Source: Pelagomonas calceolata
Taxonomy: Eukaryota
DNA length: 64,000 bases
Assembly (NCBI GenBank): GCA_918797485.1
Contig: CAKKNE010000004.1
Coordinates: 4,154,001-4,218,000 of the forward strand
Direction: 5' to 3'
Positions 8,853 to 19,800 of this stretch are shown piece after piece (the stretch's first letter is position 1; every line of letters starts with the position of its first letter). The notes below the pieces were generated by a model. It ran no database searches. It saw only the letters and a program-made list of their open reading frames with translations, and was not told the origin of the DNA. The translations under genes were made by a program, and so were the position numbers.

Positions 8853-11333
8853 CTACGTTACCAAGATAGGACTATGAGAACGCGCCGCCAAGGAAGCGGG
8901 CCGCTCCCAGGACGCGTTCACGGCGCAGTCCATGGAGCCGTCCGACGACGACGAGCTCGCGACGCGCGGCGGCGCGTCGGGGTCCCCGGCGGGCGTCGGC
9001 GGCGCGAAGCTGAGCGTCGCGGCCGGCGGCGTCACGGTCTCCGAGAGCGTCTTGGACGACGCGGGCAGCGCGTCCCCGGTTTTCCGAGACGAGAGCGCGC
9101 CGCGGAGCGACTCGCGCCGGCAGGCGAGCCAGGCTTTGCGAGCGGCCTTGCGCCGGTCCTTGGTCTTGGCGAAGGCGTGGTAGGCCCGCGCGTAGAGCAT
9201 GGACGCCTTCTCGTGGTCCCCCAGCTGCGCGTGGACGCGCGCCCCCAACTTCGCGCACTCGCCGCTCAGCACGTGCGTCGGGCCCCACTGTTTTTCTCGT
9301 ATCCTCCGCGCGCGGTCGAAGCTCGCCGCCGCGAGCGGCAACCTGGAATCGGCCTGCGCCGCGCCGCCGAGCTCGACGAGGACAATCGCCAAGACCTCCT
9401 CGTCCTCATTCAACGCCTCGCGAATCCGCAGCACCTCCTCGAAGTCCTCGCGCGCTCCACTACAATCGCCGGACTTCCAGCGCGCGCGGCCCCGGCGCCA
9501 CAAGGTCTCGGCGACGTCCGCGTGCGTCGCCCCGAGCGCCTCCCTCCGCAGCCTCAAAGCCTGCGAGTAGGCCGCGGCCGCGCCCTCGTGGTAGCCCGAC
9601 GCCGCTTCCGCCGTCACGGCGCGCTCGTGTAAAGCTCGCCCAACGAGTGCGGTGCCCTCCTTGCCTCCTATAGCTTTCGCGGCCGTCACGACGGCATTAT
9701 AACACTCCGACGCGCGCCGGTCCTCGCCAACCAAACGGTGCGCCGCGCCCAAGTTAAATAATGATGCGGGCGCCGCGCGCTCCGCTTGCCTTGCTCGTCG
9801 CTCGAGCTCCCGGACTCTCGGATCGTCTCCACCAATGCCGCGCCGCGCCGCGGCCTTCAGGGCGCCCCGGGCCCTACGAGCCGCCCTTCTTTTATCCGCC
9901 AGCGCCGCCGTGTGCGCTAGTATTGAAGACCGCGGCCGATCCGACTGCACCAAGGCGTTCGCGACGCCCGTCAGCGACGGCCCCAGCGCAAAACACAAAT
10001 TGAGCTGCTTCATGCGCCGCGCGACGCGGCCCCGCAGCGCCTCGAGCCGCGCATCTAAAGCGATATCCACCAACAAGTGGGCCGACGGCAAGGGCGCCAG
10101 GGCCTTCGCGCCCTCCAAAGCTGCCGCGTACGCTTCGATCGCGGCCGCCGTCGCATCGTCCAGCGGCGCGCCGAGCTCGTGAGCACCCAAACCATCAATC
10201 TTGATTTCCTGGCCGCCGCAGGGCAGCGAGTACATCGCAAACAGCGTCCGTAGCCGACTCTCCGTCTGGACGTCGTCTAGCCCTCGTACCACGTCCAACT
10301 TCTTCGGATCAAAATACTCCTTGACCTTCACCTTCTTCTCCGAGACGACATCTCGATCCTTCGCCTTGGCCTCGAGCTCGAGGTAGTCGCCCAAATCCCG
10401 CAGCAACCCGTCCGCGACGTGGGCCGCGTCCTCGTCGCGCGTCGCGTTTATTAACTCGTCGAGCGCGCCGCGCGTCGCCTTGATGAGCGAGGCCCAGGCC
10501 GGTCTTAATACGGAAGCGGCCCGGGGCGTCGTCGGGCCTTTCTTGCCCGTGATGCTGATTTCCAATGATGACGCGGCCTCCCGTATCACATCGCGCGCGT
10601 GTCGCAGTACCGCGACCTCGGGCTGCTCGTGCTTCTGGTCGAAGGCATTTCCCAAAAACTCCGCGGCCTTGGGTTTTCTCGGAGGCGTGGCCGACCACGA
10701 CACCGACGACCGCGCGGGGCTCGGCGGCGGCGGTCGCGGCTTGGGTTTGGCGGGGCTCACGGTCGGTTTGGGAGGGGGCGGCTTCGCGGGGCTCGCCGCC
10801 GGCAGCGCGCGGCGCAGATAGAGGGCCTCGGGCGACGGCACCTGCTTCGTTTCTTCGGCCGGCGCCTTGGCCGGCGGCTTCGGCGCGGCGCTCCCGTCCG
10901 CCGCCGCGCGCGTCCCAGCGAGCGGGTCGCGCGTCGCCGGCGCGGCCGGCGCGCCGAAGGCGCCGGCGAGCGCGTCGCGCGTCGGGGGCGCGGGCACGGG
11001 TGCGGCCGTGGGCTTGGGGAACGGTGGCGGCGGCGGCTTCGCCCGGGCGGGGCTCGCGACGGCCGCGGGTGCGGGCCGCGGTGGCGGCGGAGCGGCTTCG
11101 ACGGGTGCAGGCGCCGCTACCGGCGCAGCTACCGGCGCAGCCTCCGGCGCCGCGGCCGGCGCCGCGGCCGGCGCCGCGGCCGGCGCAGCCACCGGCGCCG
11201 GCGCGGCGTGCGCCGGGCTGGCCAGTTTCATCGCCACGCGTTTCGCCACAAACGGGTTCCATTTGTGGTGGTGGTCCGGCTGGGCAGCTAGCGGCGTCGT
11301 TTTTGGGGCAGGCTCCGCCTTGGTCTCTTCCAT
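8853..11333 (-). CDS. Pro/Ala-rich protein with C-terminal kinesin-light-chain-like TPR repeats
   Basis: Long Pro/Ala N-terminus; YSQALRLRREALGATHADVAETL, FEEVLRIRE, ARRIREKQWGPTH are TPR_12-like. Confidence 0.8.
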   Translation of the reverse strand: MEETKAEPAPKTTPLAAQPDHHHKWNPFVAKRVAMKLASPAHAAPAPVAAPAAAPAAAPAAAPEAAPVAAPVAAPAPVEAAPPPPRPAPAAVASPARAKPPPPPFPKPTAAPVPAPPTRDALAGAFGAPAAPATRDPLAGTRAAADGSAAPKPPAKAPAEETKQVPSPEALYLRRALPAASPAKPPPPKPTVSPAKPKPRPPPPSPARSSVSWSATPPRKPKAAEFLGNAFDQKHEQPEVAVLRHARDVIREAASSLEISITGKKGPTTPRAASVLRPAWASLIKATRGALDELINATRDEDAAHVADGLLRDLGDYLELEAKAKDRDVVSEKKVKVKEYFDPKKLDVVRGLDDVQTESRLRTLFAMYSLPCGGQEIKIDGLGAHELGAPLDDATAAAIEAYAAALEGAKALAPLPSAHLLVDIALDARLEALRGRVARRMKQLNLCFALGPSLTGVANALVQSDRPRSSILAHTAALADKRRAARRARGALKAAARRGIGGDDPRVRELERRARQAERAAPASLFNLGAAHRLVGEDRRASECYNAVVTAAKAIGGKEGTALVGRALHERAVTAEAASGYHEGAAAAYSQALRLRREALGATHADVAETLWRRGRARWKSGDCSGAREDFEEVLRIREALNEDEEVLAIVLVELGGAAQADSRLPLAAASFDRARRIREKQWGPTHVLSGECAKLGARVHAQLGDHEKASMLYARAYHAFAKTKDRRKAARKAWLACRRESLRGALSSRKTGDALPASSKTLSETVTPPAATLSFAPPTPAGDPDAPPRVASSSSSDGSMDCAVNASWERPASLAARSHSPILVT

Positions 11334-11655
11334 GGTGCGGGGCAGCCCGAAGGACTCCAGTTGCGGCGGGTGGGATGACCAGTTAGTCCCGCTTGCTTGC
11401 TTGCTAGTGTCTGAGGGCTGTCGTCGCGGCCGTGATTGCGTCGGCTTTTTTACAGGCTATATCAAAGACGTACTAGCAAAATGTAGCAAGACGTGTCGCC
11501 CCCGACGCCGGTCGTCGCGGAGCCCGTCCGCCGCGTCGACCGCCTACCCGAGGACGCGGTCAGCGAGCCGCAGCCAGGGAAGCGTCCGCGCGCGCGCCCG
11601 GATAACTGAAGAGTATATATCAGCTTGGTTTTAACGCACACGCCCCCACCCACTA

Positions 11656-12285
11656 CTAGCAGCACTTCTTCTTCTTCTTGTCCTCACCAGAAGTGATGCT
11701 GATCTTCTCGCCCTTGGAAGCGACGGACTGTTTGGCGGAGCCTTCCTGCATCTGCTTCTTGTTCATCAGACGGTAGATCTCGGTCAGGATGTTCTGGAAG
11801 GCGACGTCGACGCCCGACGCGTCGAGCGCACTCGTCTCGATGAAGGCGAGGTTGTGCTGTTCTGCAAAGGCCATCGCTTCACTCGTCTCGACGGCCCGCT
11901 GCGTCTTCAGGTCCGACTTGTTGCCCACGAGCATCACCACGATGTTCGCCTCCGCGTGATCTCTCAATTCCCGCAGCCAGCGGTCCACATTTTCAAAGGT
12001 CCCGTGCTTGGTCAAGTCATATACTAGTAAAGCGCCCACAGCCCCTCGGTAGTAGGCCGACGTTATTGCTCGGTATCGTTCTTGCCCCGCCGTGTCCCAG
12101 ATCTGGGCCTTGATGGTCTTGCCCTCGGCCTGGATGGACTTCGTGGCGAACTCGACACCAATTGTTGACTTCGAGTCCAAGCTGAACTCGTTCCTCGTGA
12201 AGCGGCTCAGCAAATTCGACTTGCCCACTCCAGAATCACCTATTAATACTACTTTGAAGAGGTAGTCGTACTCCGCGTCTGCCAT
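11656..12285 (-). CDS. RAB11: Rab11 family small GTPase
   Basis: [64 protein letters not shown]-terminal CC prenylation site. Confidence 0.97.
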   Translation of the reverse strand: MADAEYDYLFKVVLIGDSGVGKSNLLSRFTRNEFSLDSKSTIGVEFATKSIQAEGKTIKAQIWDTAGQERYRAITSAYYRGAVGALLVYDLTKHGTFENVDRWLRELRDHAEANIVVMLVGNKSDLKTQRAVETSEAMAFAEQHNLAFIETSALDASGVDVAFQNILTEIYRLMNKKQMQEGSAKQSVASKGEKISITSGEDKKKKKCC

Positions 12286-12477
12286 GGCGGCGCGACGGCG
12301 TCGGGAAACTGCGCGACCCAGCAGTTGTTTGTGGGCGTGCTAGGTGCTGCGCGGGTCCGGGATTCCTCGTCACAGCCCAAGACAGCAGCGGTCTGATAAA
12401 TGTATCGTCGCGCACGCAGGCGAGCTAGCAGTGTAAGCCGCCGCGACTTAAGCTTTTGTGAATTTTGCCTCGTGGGG

Positions 12478-12500
12478 GCTAGCGCCTATACGACGCTAGC
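12478..12500 (+). promoter_or_regulatory. Recurrent CTAG-N13-CTAG motif (divergent copy)
   Basis: gctagcgcctatacgacgctagc; a half copy gctagcagtgtaag lies at 12424-12437. Confidence 0.5.
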
Positions 12501-12703
12501 AAACAAGCGAGACGTTTGCGCTTGAAAAGGAGCGAAAGACCACTATCCGCAAGCGTCGGAGGGAAGCCTGGCGCGTCCGAAGTCTTGGAGTTGCGACCTG
12601 CTTGCATGCAGCAGTGGCAGACAGAGCGAGGCAATACGACTAGGGACCGCCGACAGGAATCGCCAGAAGCTCTGCACATATAGATAGAACGTAGTTGACA
12701 ACG

Positions 12704-13096
12704 ATGCGACGGACGGCGTTGCTCATCTGTGCCTGCGCATCCCTCGCGGCAGCATTTGCGCCCCCAGCCCGGAGCACCGCTGCAGTCGCGCGGCGCGCGC
12801 CCGGCAGGACACAACTGGACGCCAAAAAGAAGAAGAAGGACCTCCAGGCGCCAAAGCCCGTGCGCGAGCGCAAGGTCAAGGACGACAAAATTGAAGTGGA
12901 TGGCGTCGTCACCGAGGCGCTGCCGTCCGCGAACTTTAGGGTCGAGATCGGCGCGACGAAACAAGTCCTGCTCTGCACGATCTCGGGGAAGATCCGCAAG
13001 AACTTCGTCAAGATTTTGGTCGGCGACAGCGTGAAGGTCGAGCTGTCGCCCTACGACCTGACGCGGGGGCGCATCACGTTCCGCGAGCGGAACTAG
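12704..13096 (+). CDS. infA: Nucleus-encoded plastid translation initiation factor IF-1
   Basis: Signal peptide with SLAAA-FAP cleavage motif, then [18 protein letters not shown]...[35 protein letters not shown]. Confidence 0.95.
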   Translation: MRRTALLICACASLAAAFAPPARSTAAVARRAPGRTQLDAKKKKKDLQAPKPVRERKVKDDKIEVDGVVTEALPSANFRVEIGATKQVLLCTISGKIRKNFVKILVGDSVKVELSPYDLTRGRITFRERN

Positions 13097-13223
13097 TAGG
13101 ACTAAGAAAATATAAACTAGCATGACCGCGAGAAACGTCGCGTCGATGGCGTCACGGGAGCGCGGAGCTTCGCGACGTCGCCGAATGGCCCACGAGAGAG
13201 CGAGCAAATAAGTCAAAATATCG

Positions 13224-15377
13224 TTAGGCCGGCTCCCTAAACGAGCGCAGGATCGTCTCCTGCGCGGAACGCTCCGACTGGATCCGCGCGCGCGTCTTCC
13301 GGAGCTGGTCCTCGCGATCAGCTAAATCCGCGTCCGCCTCCCTCAACTGGTCGACGGCCGCCGGCTCGAGGTCGCGCGCGACGCGCTGCCGGTGGCCCTC
13401 GACCTCGGCTCGCACGCGCGCCGCTAAAGCATCGAGTAGCGCGTCGGTCGGCCCGCCGACGGCGCCGTCATCATGTAAATCCGCTTCTAGAGCTCTTTGA
13501 TCTCTACTACATAAACCCGAGCCGCACAGCAGGACGTGCTCGACGGCCACACCCGTCAAACCGGCAGGCGTCGCGAGTAAGTCCGACGACTTGTAGGCCT
13601 GGCCGCCGACGAACTTCTGGGCGGAAGCTTCCGCGGCCATGAGCAGATTCCGCTTCGTCGCATTGTCGCCGCCCGACGCGGCGTCGACCTCCCGACACAG
13701 CAGGAGCAATGCGAGGGACCCGGCCGCGTCGCTCGATGATAGTGCAGCATCGTCCTCTTTACATTCGTCCCAGAGCGTCTCGGGCGACTCGTCGTCGGAC
13801 TCGTCGTCAGAAGACCCTTCGAGGAGGTCGACGGCGTCGCCACCTTTCTGCGGCGCCGATACTGATGAAGACGATGAACGGAACGCAGCGCAGGCCTGGG
13901 AGGCCGACGCGTACAACACGAGTCCGTCCTTCACATCTCCTCGGACGGCGTCCTCAATTAGTGCCGCGTCGCCCCTCAAAAACCAGCACTTGCCGTCGGG
14001 CAACGCCTCGTCCCTTCTAGAAACGCGATAGGCCCGCAACAGACACAAGGGGTCGGCGTCGCCCTTCGGCTGTTCTCGTAACCTCGCGTCGAGCCAGCGG
14101 AAATCCGGCGAGTGCTCTCCGAGCAGCTGGCAGGCCACTTTTGCGGGAGGCAATTGTTGCGGAGGGTCTCCTCTGTTAGAAGTAAAGCGCGGCCCGCCGT
14201 ACTGTAATGACGCGATCACTAAAGCTATTCTACGTTCACCTTTTGCTCGACGCTCCAGAGCTAACAGAGCACATTCGTCTCGTCTCTCGCGACGATCAGC
14301 CTTGTGCGACGCGTCGTCGCAGGCCAGAGCGTGCTCCGCCAAGGCCGCAGCCAACGCCGCATCCAGGGACCGCTGCGCAAGAGCTCTAGCCCGCCTATGT
14401 TTCGCGTGCTCGGCTTTGACCGCTTGCCTCCCTTCGTCGACCAACCTTTCCAACTCCGCAAAGGCCAGGCGCATCTCCCCATCCAGCGAACGAGCGTGTG
14501 CTGACGAACGCCGTCTTCGCGCCTCGATGGCCGCAGCATCGTCCCTATGTTCCCGCTGCAGCGCGTCGACCTTCTCGTGGAACTCGAGGACGTTCTCCAA
14601 GTGCGCGTCTCTCGCGCGGTGCCTGTCTTGTCTCGTCACTTCCGAGGCATCTAATGAAGTGACGTGTCGCAGAGCACCCAACACCGCGTCCCGATACCCT
14701 TCCCGTTCCGCGATGGGACAACTTCCAAAATGCGCGTCCCGGAAACCCACACTCTCTAGGGAAGGTAAGCGCGCCAGTCTCGGTAGGTCTCGATAGTCGG
14801 AAATCGGGTTGCCGGCTAGCTGGAGATCTCTCAACGCCGTCAACGCTTCCAAGCCACCCAATCGCTTCATCTTGTTATTTTGTAACCATAATTCTCTCAA
14901 TTCAGCAAGTTCAGTTAAGCCCTCGCAGCGCTGTATGGAGTTATCAAATAACCATAGAGCCCTTAGGCGAGGACATTCGTCTAATCCTTCGATTCTCGAT
15001 ATGTTATTCTGTTGGGCGTAGAGCCATCGTAATTGCGGGAGACTCCCGAGGTCTTTGAGGGATGTTAGTTTTTGATCTGCAACGCACAGCCTTTCCAAAG
15101 TGTGGGCTATTGGTTGCAAACAACCGAGTTTCACCAACCCACAGTCGACCAGTGATAACCGCCTTAACCGAGCGCATCTCGCGAGACCGACCGTGTGGCC
15201 GTTGGAGTGGTCGTTCGCGGAAGGCGCGGCCTGGTTTAACGGAGCAAACAAGATCTCGAGGTCGTCGAGGCAGTTGTGCTCGTCGACGCCGACGCCCGTC
15301 GTCTCCTCGATGAGCGCGGAGGTGATCCAGGGTGATGGCTCGGGGGGCGGGTGTTTGCTTTTGAAGCTGGGCGGCAT
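13224..15377 (-). CDS. SDS22-like leucine-rich repeat protein with coiled coils
   Basis: LRWLYAQQNNISRIEGL, LRALWLFDNSI, LRELWLQNNKM, LRDLQLAGNPI, LRR cap YRDAVLGALRHVTSLD. Confidence 0.85.
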   Translation of the reverse strand: MPPSFKSKHPPPEPSPWITSALIEETTGVGVDEHNCLDDLEILFAPLNQAAPSANDHSNGHTVGLARCARLRRLSLVDCGLVKLGCLQPIAHTLERLCVADQKLTSLKDLGSLPQLRWLYAQQNNISRIEGLDECPRLRALWLFDNSIQRCEGLTELAELRELWLQNNKMKRLGGLEALTALRDLQLAGNPISDYRDLPRLARLPSLESVGFRDAHFGSCPIAEREGYRDAVLGALRHVTSLDASEVTRQDRHRARDAHLENVLEFHEKVDALQREHRDDAAAIEARRRRSSAHARSLDGEMRLAFAELERLVDEGRQAVKAEHAKHRRARALAQRSLDAALAAALAEHALACDDASHKADRRERRDECALLALERRAKGERRIALVIASLQYGGPRFTSNRGDPPQQLPPAKVACQLLGEHSPDFRWLDARLREQPKGDADPLCLLRAYRVSRRDEALPDGKCWFLRGDAALIEDAVRGDVKDGLVLYASASQACAAFRSSSSSVSAPQKGGDAVDLLEGSSDDESDDESPETLWDECKEDDAALSSSDAAGSLALLLLCREVDAASGGDNATKRNLLMAAEASAQKFVGGQAYKSSDLLATPAGLTGVAVEHVLLCGSGLCSRDQRALEADLHDDGAVGGPTDALLDALAARVRAEVEGHRQRVARDLEPAAVDQLREADADLADREDQLRKTRARIQSERSAQETILRSFREPA

Positions 15378-15788
15378 CGCTTGCTTTGTGGTGGAGCCCT
15401 GCCTGAGCAGTCTGTATTTTTGTGGCCCAGCGGCTACCGCTCTGCGAGAGAACTATGCACGACTTGCAAAAGCGCTATATTTCTGCAGCCCTGCGCCAGC
15501 TTCGAACCCTGTGGTTGCCCGTTTGGCGCGCGGCGGCCGGCCGGCAGCCCCAAAAGCTGTCCAAAAATACCCCTCGAAATAGGTCTTGCACGCGTCTCTA
15601 TGGGCCTTATGAGACGCGTTCCTGGACGGATGTAACGAAAACAGACGCGTCTAAATTCAAAACCCGATTTGATTTTCAGGGCGCATTGGCGGCGTCGCGC
15701 TAGCCCATAAATCGTCGTGCGCTGCAAATTCGCACGCAGGACTTCATATCTCACCAGCCTTGGGCTGCGCGCTAGCGAAACTCGATCC

Positions 15789-16826
15789 ATGGCGGACACC
15801 AAAGCCGCCGTCGATGCAGCGCAAGAAAGGACCAAGGCCTACCTGCCCCAAATACAGGCCGCCCTCGACCAGCTCAAGAGCCAAAGCGAGAAGCCGCCTC
15901 CTTTAATAGCGGACGCCGAGCTCTACACGGGTAAAGTAAGAGACGTCTACAAACCAAATAAATTCCCGCAGCACGTGGTACTGGCGGCCACCGGGAGGCA
16001 GTCGGCCTTCGACCGCGCGCTCGCGACCGTGCCCTTCAAAGGAGCTGTTCTAAATCAAGTGTCGCGGTGGTGGTTCGAGACGACGAAAGATATATGTGAG
16101 AACCACGTGCGGGCGTCGCCGTTACCTGACGTGTTGGTCGCGGCTAGATGCCAGGCCTTCCCCGTCGAGTTCGTCGTACGGGGCTACATCACGGGGTCGA
16201 CCTCGACCTCGCTCTGGACGCACTACAAGAACGGTGAGCGGAAGTACTGCGGCCTCGACTTTCCTGATGGATTGGTCAAAAACCAGAAGTTGGCGGAGAA
16301 CGTCTGCACGCCGACCACAAAAGACGCGGAGCACGACGAGCCCATTTCCGGCGAGGACATCGTCGCGTCAGGTCGGATGACGCAAGCGCAGTGGGACGAG
16401 TGCCGGGGCAAGGCCCTGGCCATCTTCGCGCGGGGGCAAGAGATCGCGGCGTCGCGCGGTCTGGTGCTCGTGGACACGAAGTTCGAGTTCGGATTGGCGG
16501 ACGACGGGACCTGCGTTTTGATAGATGAGGTGCTGACGCCGGACTCGTCGCGCTACTGGCTCGCGCACTCCTACGAGGCGCGGCACGCCGCGGGCCAGGA
16601 GCCCGAGAACATCGACAAGGAATTCCTGCGGCTGTGGTACCGCGAGCGCTGCGACCCTTATAAGGACGAGGTCATTCCCGCGGCGCCCGACGAGCTGGTG
16701 TGCGAGCTGTCGCGGCGCTACATCCTGCTCTACGAGCTGATCACGGGCGAGACCTTCGATTTCCAGGCGGCGTCGGCGGCCGTCGACCGGCCGGCGGTCC
16801 TGGCGGAGTGCCTCGCGGGGCTCTAG
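15789..16826 (+). CDS. purC: SAICAR synthase (phosphoribosylaminoimidazole-succinocarboxamide synthase)
   Basis: YTGKVRDVY, RQSAFDR, PVEFVVRGYITGS, TPTTK, GLVLVDTKFEFG, DEVLTPDSSRYW, DKEFLR. Confidence 0.96.
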   Translation: MADTKAAVDAAQERTKAYLPQIQAALDQLKSQSEKPPPLIADAELYTGKVRDVYKPNKFPQHVVLAATGRQSAFDRALATVPFKGAVLNQVSRWWFETTKDICENHVRASPLPDVLVAARCQAFPVEFVVRGYITGSTSTSLWTHYKNGERKYCGLDFPDGLVKNQKLAENVCTPTTKDAEHDEPISGEDIVASGRMTQAQWDECRGKALAIFARGQEIAASRGLVLVDTKFEFGLADDGTCVLIDEVLTPDSSRYWLAHSYEARHAAGQEPENIDKEFLRLWYRERCDPYKDEVIPAAPDELVCELSRRYILLYELITGETFDFQAASAAVDRPAVLAECLAGL

Positions 16827-16892
16827 GGGTGTCGGTGGCGCGCTAGCTTCTCTAAGTTGACTTAACACACAAACTTACGCGCCTGACAAAAA

Positions 16893-19800
16893 TCAAACGT
16901 CCTTCGCCTCAGCCTTCCGCACCATGGCCTCCGGTAATACTTTCCTTGAGGAGGGCAGATACCGCACCGAGAACGCCGTCGCCGCGATGAGGAGCGACTC
17001 GACGACGGCGCCGAACGTGCCGCCTTCCGACCACGCGTACACAAGCTGAAAGATGAAAATGAACAACCCCAGCAGGAGTACGAGCGCTGTTCCAATTGCG
17101 GCAGTGATGAAACGGTCCGTGAGTCCCGCCGCCTCCAGCGCCGCGTCCACGACCTCATTCTCGACCCATGTCCAGGCCGCTTCGAACTCCGCGGGAGAGA
17201 TCACCGCGTCGAGGTTCTCGTTGGCATACGCAAAGACCTGGTCTACCTTGGCGTGATCGAACGTCGGCACGTCCAGCAGCGCAACAAGCGCGCCGAGCTC
17301 CCGGCGCGAGATACCCCCGCTTCCGTCGGCGTCGAGCACCGCACACAGCGCCTGGACGTCGTCGTTCGCGCCGGCCACTTGCTTAGCGAAGGCGACCTGC
17401 TCCTTCGCTCGCGCCGCGACGTCGTCCGCCTTCTTGCCAGAAGTGGCGTCGCGGTGCTCCCGGAGCCACGTCTCCAAAACGGCGCTCAGGCGCCCGCGCA
17501 GTTGATCCCGGACCGAGGCCGCCTTTGCTGACGCGGCGCCCCGGAGCTGATTGCCGATGCTCGTCAAAGTAGTCACAAGCGCGGCGAACGCCGCCGTCCG
17601 GGCGAGGAACTGGTTCGGATCTAAAATAGCAGAGCCGAGTACCCAAATCGCCGCCAGTATCAGGGAAAAGGGTAGCAGCGCAAACGGCAGCGTGACCAGA
17701 ACAAAACACCACTTGATCACTTGTTGGAGTGGCCGAGGTAAAGGCGGCGACCGCGCCCAGCACGTGTGCCAATCGTGGCCGGGTGGTACGCCGTCTCCGA
17801 TGTATTCAACCACAAGAACGACCCACGCGACGACGAGGTAGGCCAACACGACGCCCGCCACGACGCCGCCCTGGATGCCGGTACCCGCGAAGTAGCGCCT
17901 GACGATGTCCGTGTCGTAGGGACTCCACGCGTGCTCGCGCCGCGCGTCGTCGGCAACAACATAGCCTCCGAGCTTCGCGTGCCGAAACTGGAACATCATA
18001 CAAATCCAGATGACCCAGATTGCCGGTAATACGAACACGGTGACGTGTAAGAGTACGCTCACGACATGCTCGAAATAGAAGGATAAAGGCAGCCGGAGTC
18101 CCTTTCCGCCGCCGCCCGGGAAGTTTCTCAGCTCGAGACCGAGCGCCGCGACGCGATAGCTCTGCGCGACGCCCTGCGCTGCAATTTCCCCCGCCAAAAT
18201 GTCCCGCGAAACAGCCGGTCGGCCCGTCGCGAGGCACCACTCGTCGTAAACGCGCAGCAAACCAGGCTTCCAGCCGTACGCGCCCTCGCCGAGGACCACT
18301 GGCTCATCTACTAGACCGATCACGACGTCCTCGTCGTGTATTCCTGCGCCCGCCGGCCGTGTCCGCTCGCTCAGGAACGACGTCAGGTCACCAGTGCCTT
18401 CCGTGGCTGTTTCGAGGATCCGGTTCACCTCGGCGGCCGCCGCGAAGCAGCGGGCGTGCTCGACGAGGGGCCGCGCGTCGCCGATGAACGCCGGGACCTG
18501 GGTCCAAACGCGTCCCGCAAGGCGCGGGAGCTTGTGGGTCCGTAGGCGCAAATTATGCGTCGCCACGAGATATCTCTGCGTATCGCCGATCGTAGTAAAC
18601 GCGTCCGCCTTCAGCCTCTTCTTCGGGCAGAAGACACGATAGGCTTGCGTGAATATTTTTAGGTCGCATTCGGTCGTCTCCGTGGGCGCGACGCCGCGTG
18701 TATGGGCGGCCTTGCACCGCATGCGGAAGAACTTGGACCGACCGTCGACGAAATGCCGTCTTATGGGAGCGACCACCATCGCGTCGATCGTCGCGATCGG
18801 TCTCAAGAGAGGCGTGGCCAGCTCGGTGCAGCCATTGACGACGCCGCAAAACCATTGAGGCGCGTTCCAGAAGTTCGCGAATCGTCCACGCGAATCCCAC
18901 GCGAGCGCGTCGGAATCGATGCCCAGGCCCTCCTCGTCGACCTCCTCCGAGATGATCTCCTTCGAAGCGACCGCTCGGGACCGCCTCTCCGACTCCGCGT
19001 TCCGCAGTCGCATCTGGATCACGGCGTTTCGATCCGCCAGCGCGTGCAGCGCCCCGAGGTACCGAGCGCCCACGACGAGCGCCCAGACCGTCGCCAGCGC
19101 CGCGAGCGCCAGCGAAATGTTAAAAGCGCGCCGGCCGCGGCCCCGCATCATGACCTGGCGGTAGTCCTCCTCGTGGAACGGATCCGTGGGCGAGTAGCGA
19201 GAGTACGAAGCGAGGCGGGGGAACGAGTCACGTGAATTGCGCGGCTTGACGCGCGCAAGGGCGCCGCCCAGTTCCGCCTGGAGGCGCGGTTTGAGCGTCC
19301 GCCTCAATTCCTCGTAGACGCGCGCCCGCGCCGCCGCCATTTTTGCGTCCGTGTCCAGCGCGGCGGCCCCCGGGGCGCAGGCCTCGCCGTCAGTGAGTCG
19401 CACCTCGAAGCGCGCGACTCTGGGTCGGACGGTACCGTAGGAGATCAGGTCGAGCAACGGAGGTTGCAGTTCGAAGTAGACCTCGTTCGACGTGTAGAGC
19501 CAGCGGTCCGCAGGGACTCCGGGAGAACTCATGACATCAATGACCGCGAAGACGTCGCGGTTTGTTAGTAAAGACGCGTCGCCGTACGCATCCCGCAGCG
19601 GCATTAGACTTTCAGCATCCGTCGGCAGGAGTCGCGCGCCCAGCGGCGCGGCGTCCTGGGGCGCAACGTATGTGAGATTGGAGGCATTCGACAGCTCGAG
19701 GCGGATCTCGCCCGCGGACGCCTCGAGGCGGATCGAGCGGTTCTGGACGGCTCCAGTAGAACGCTTGTTGCGTGCGATCGACAGCGTGCGATATGTTGAG

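Noticed and set aside
11110..11200. gccgcggccggc tandem repeats
   Set aside because: They simply encode the Ala/Pro linker of the TPR protein.
7863..11634. Many long antisense and alternative-frame ORFs over the ankyrin and TPR genes (and similar ones window-wide)
   Set aside because: Stop-codon scarcity in high-GC DNA explains them, and they have no recognisable domains.
15412..15495. Two imperfect 21-nt direct repeats (16/21 identical) upstream of the LRR gene
   Set aside because: Too degenerate and only two copies; could be chance.
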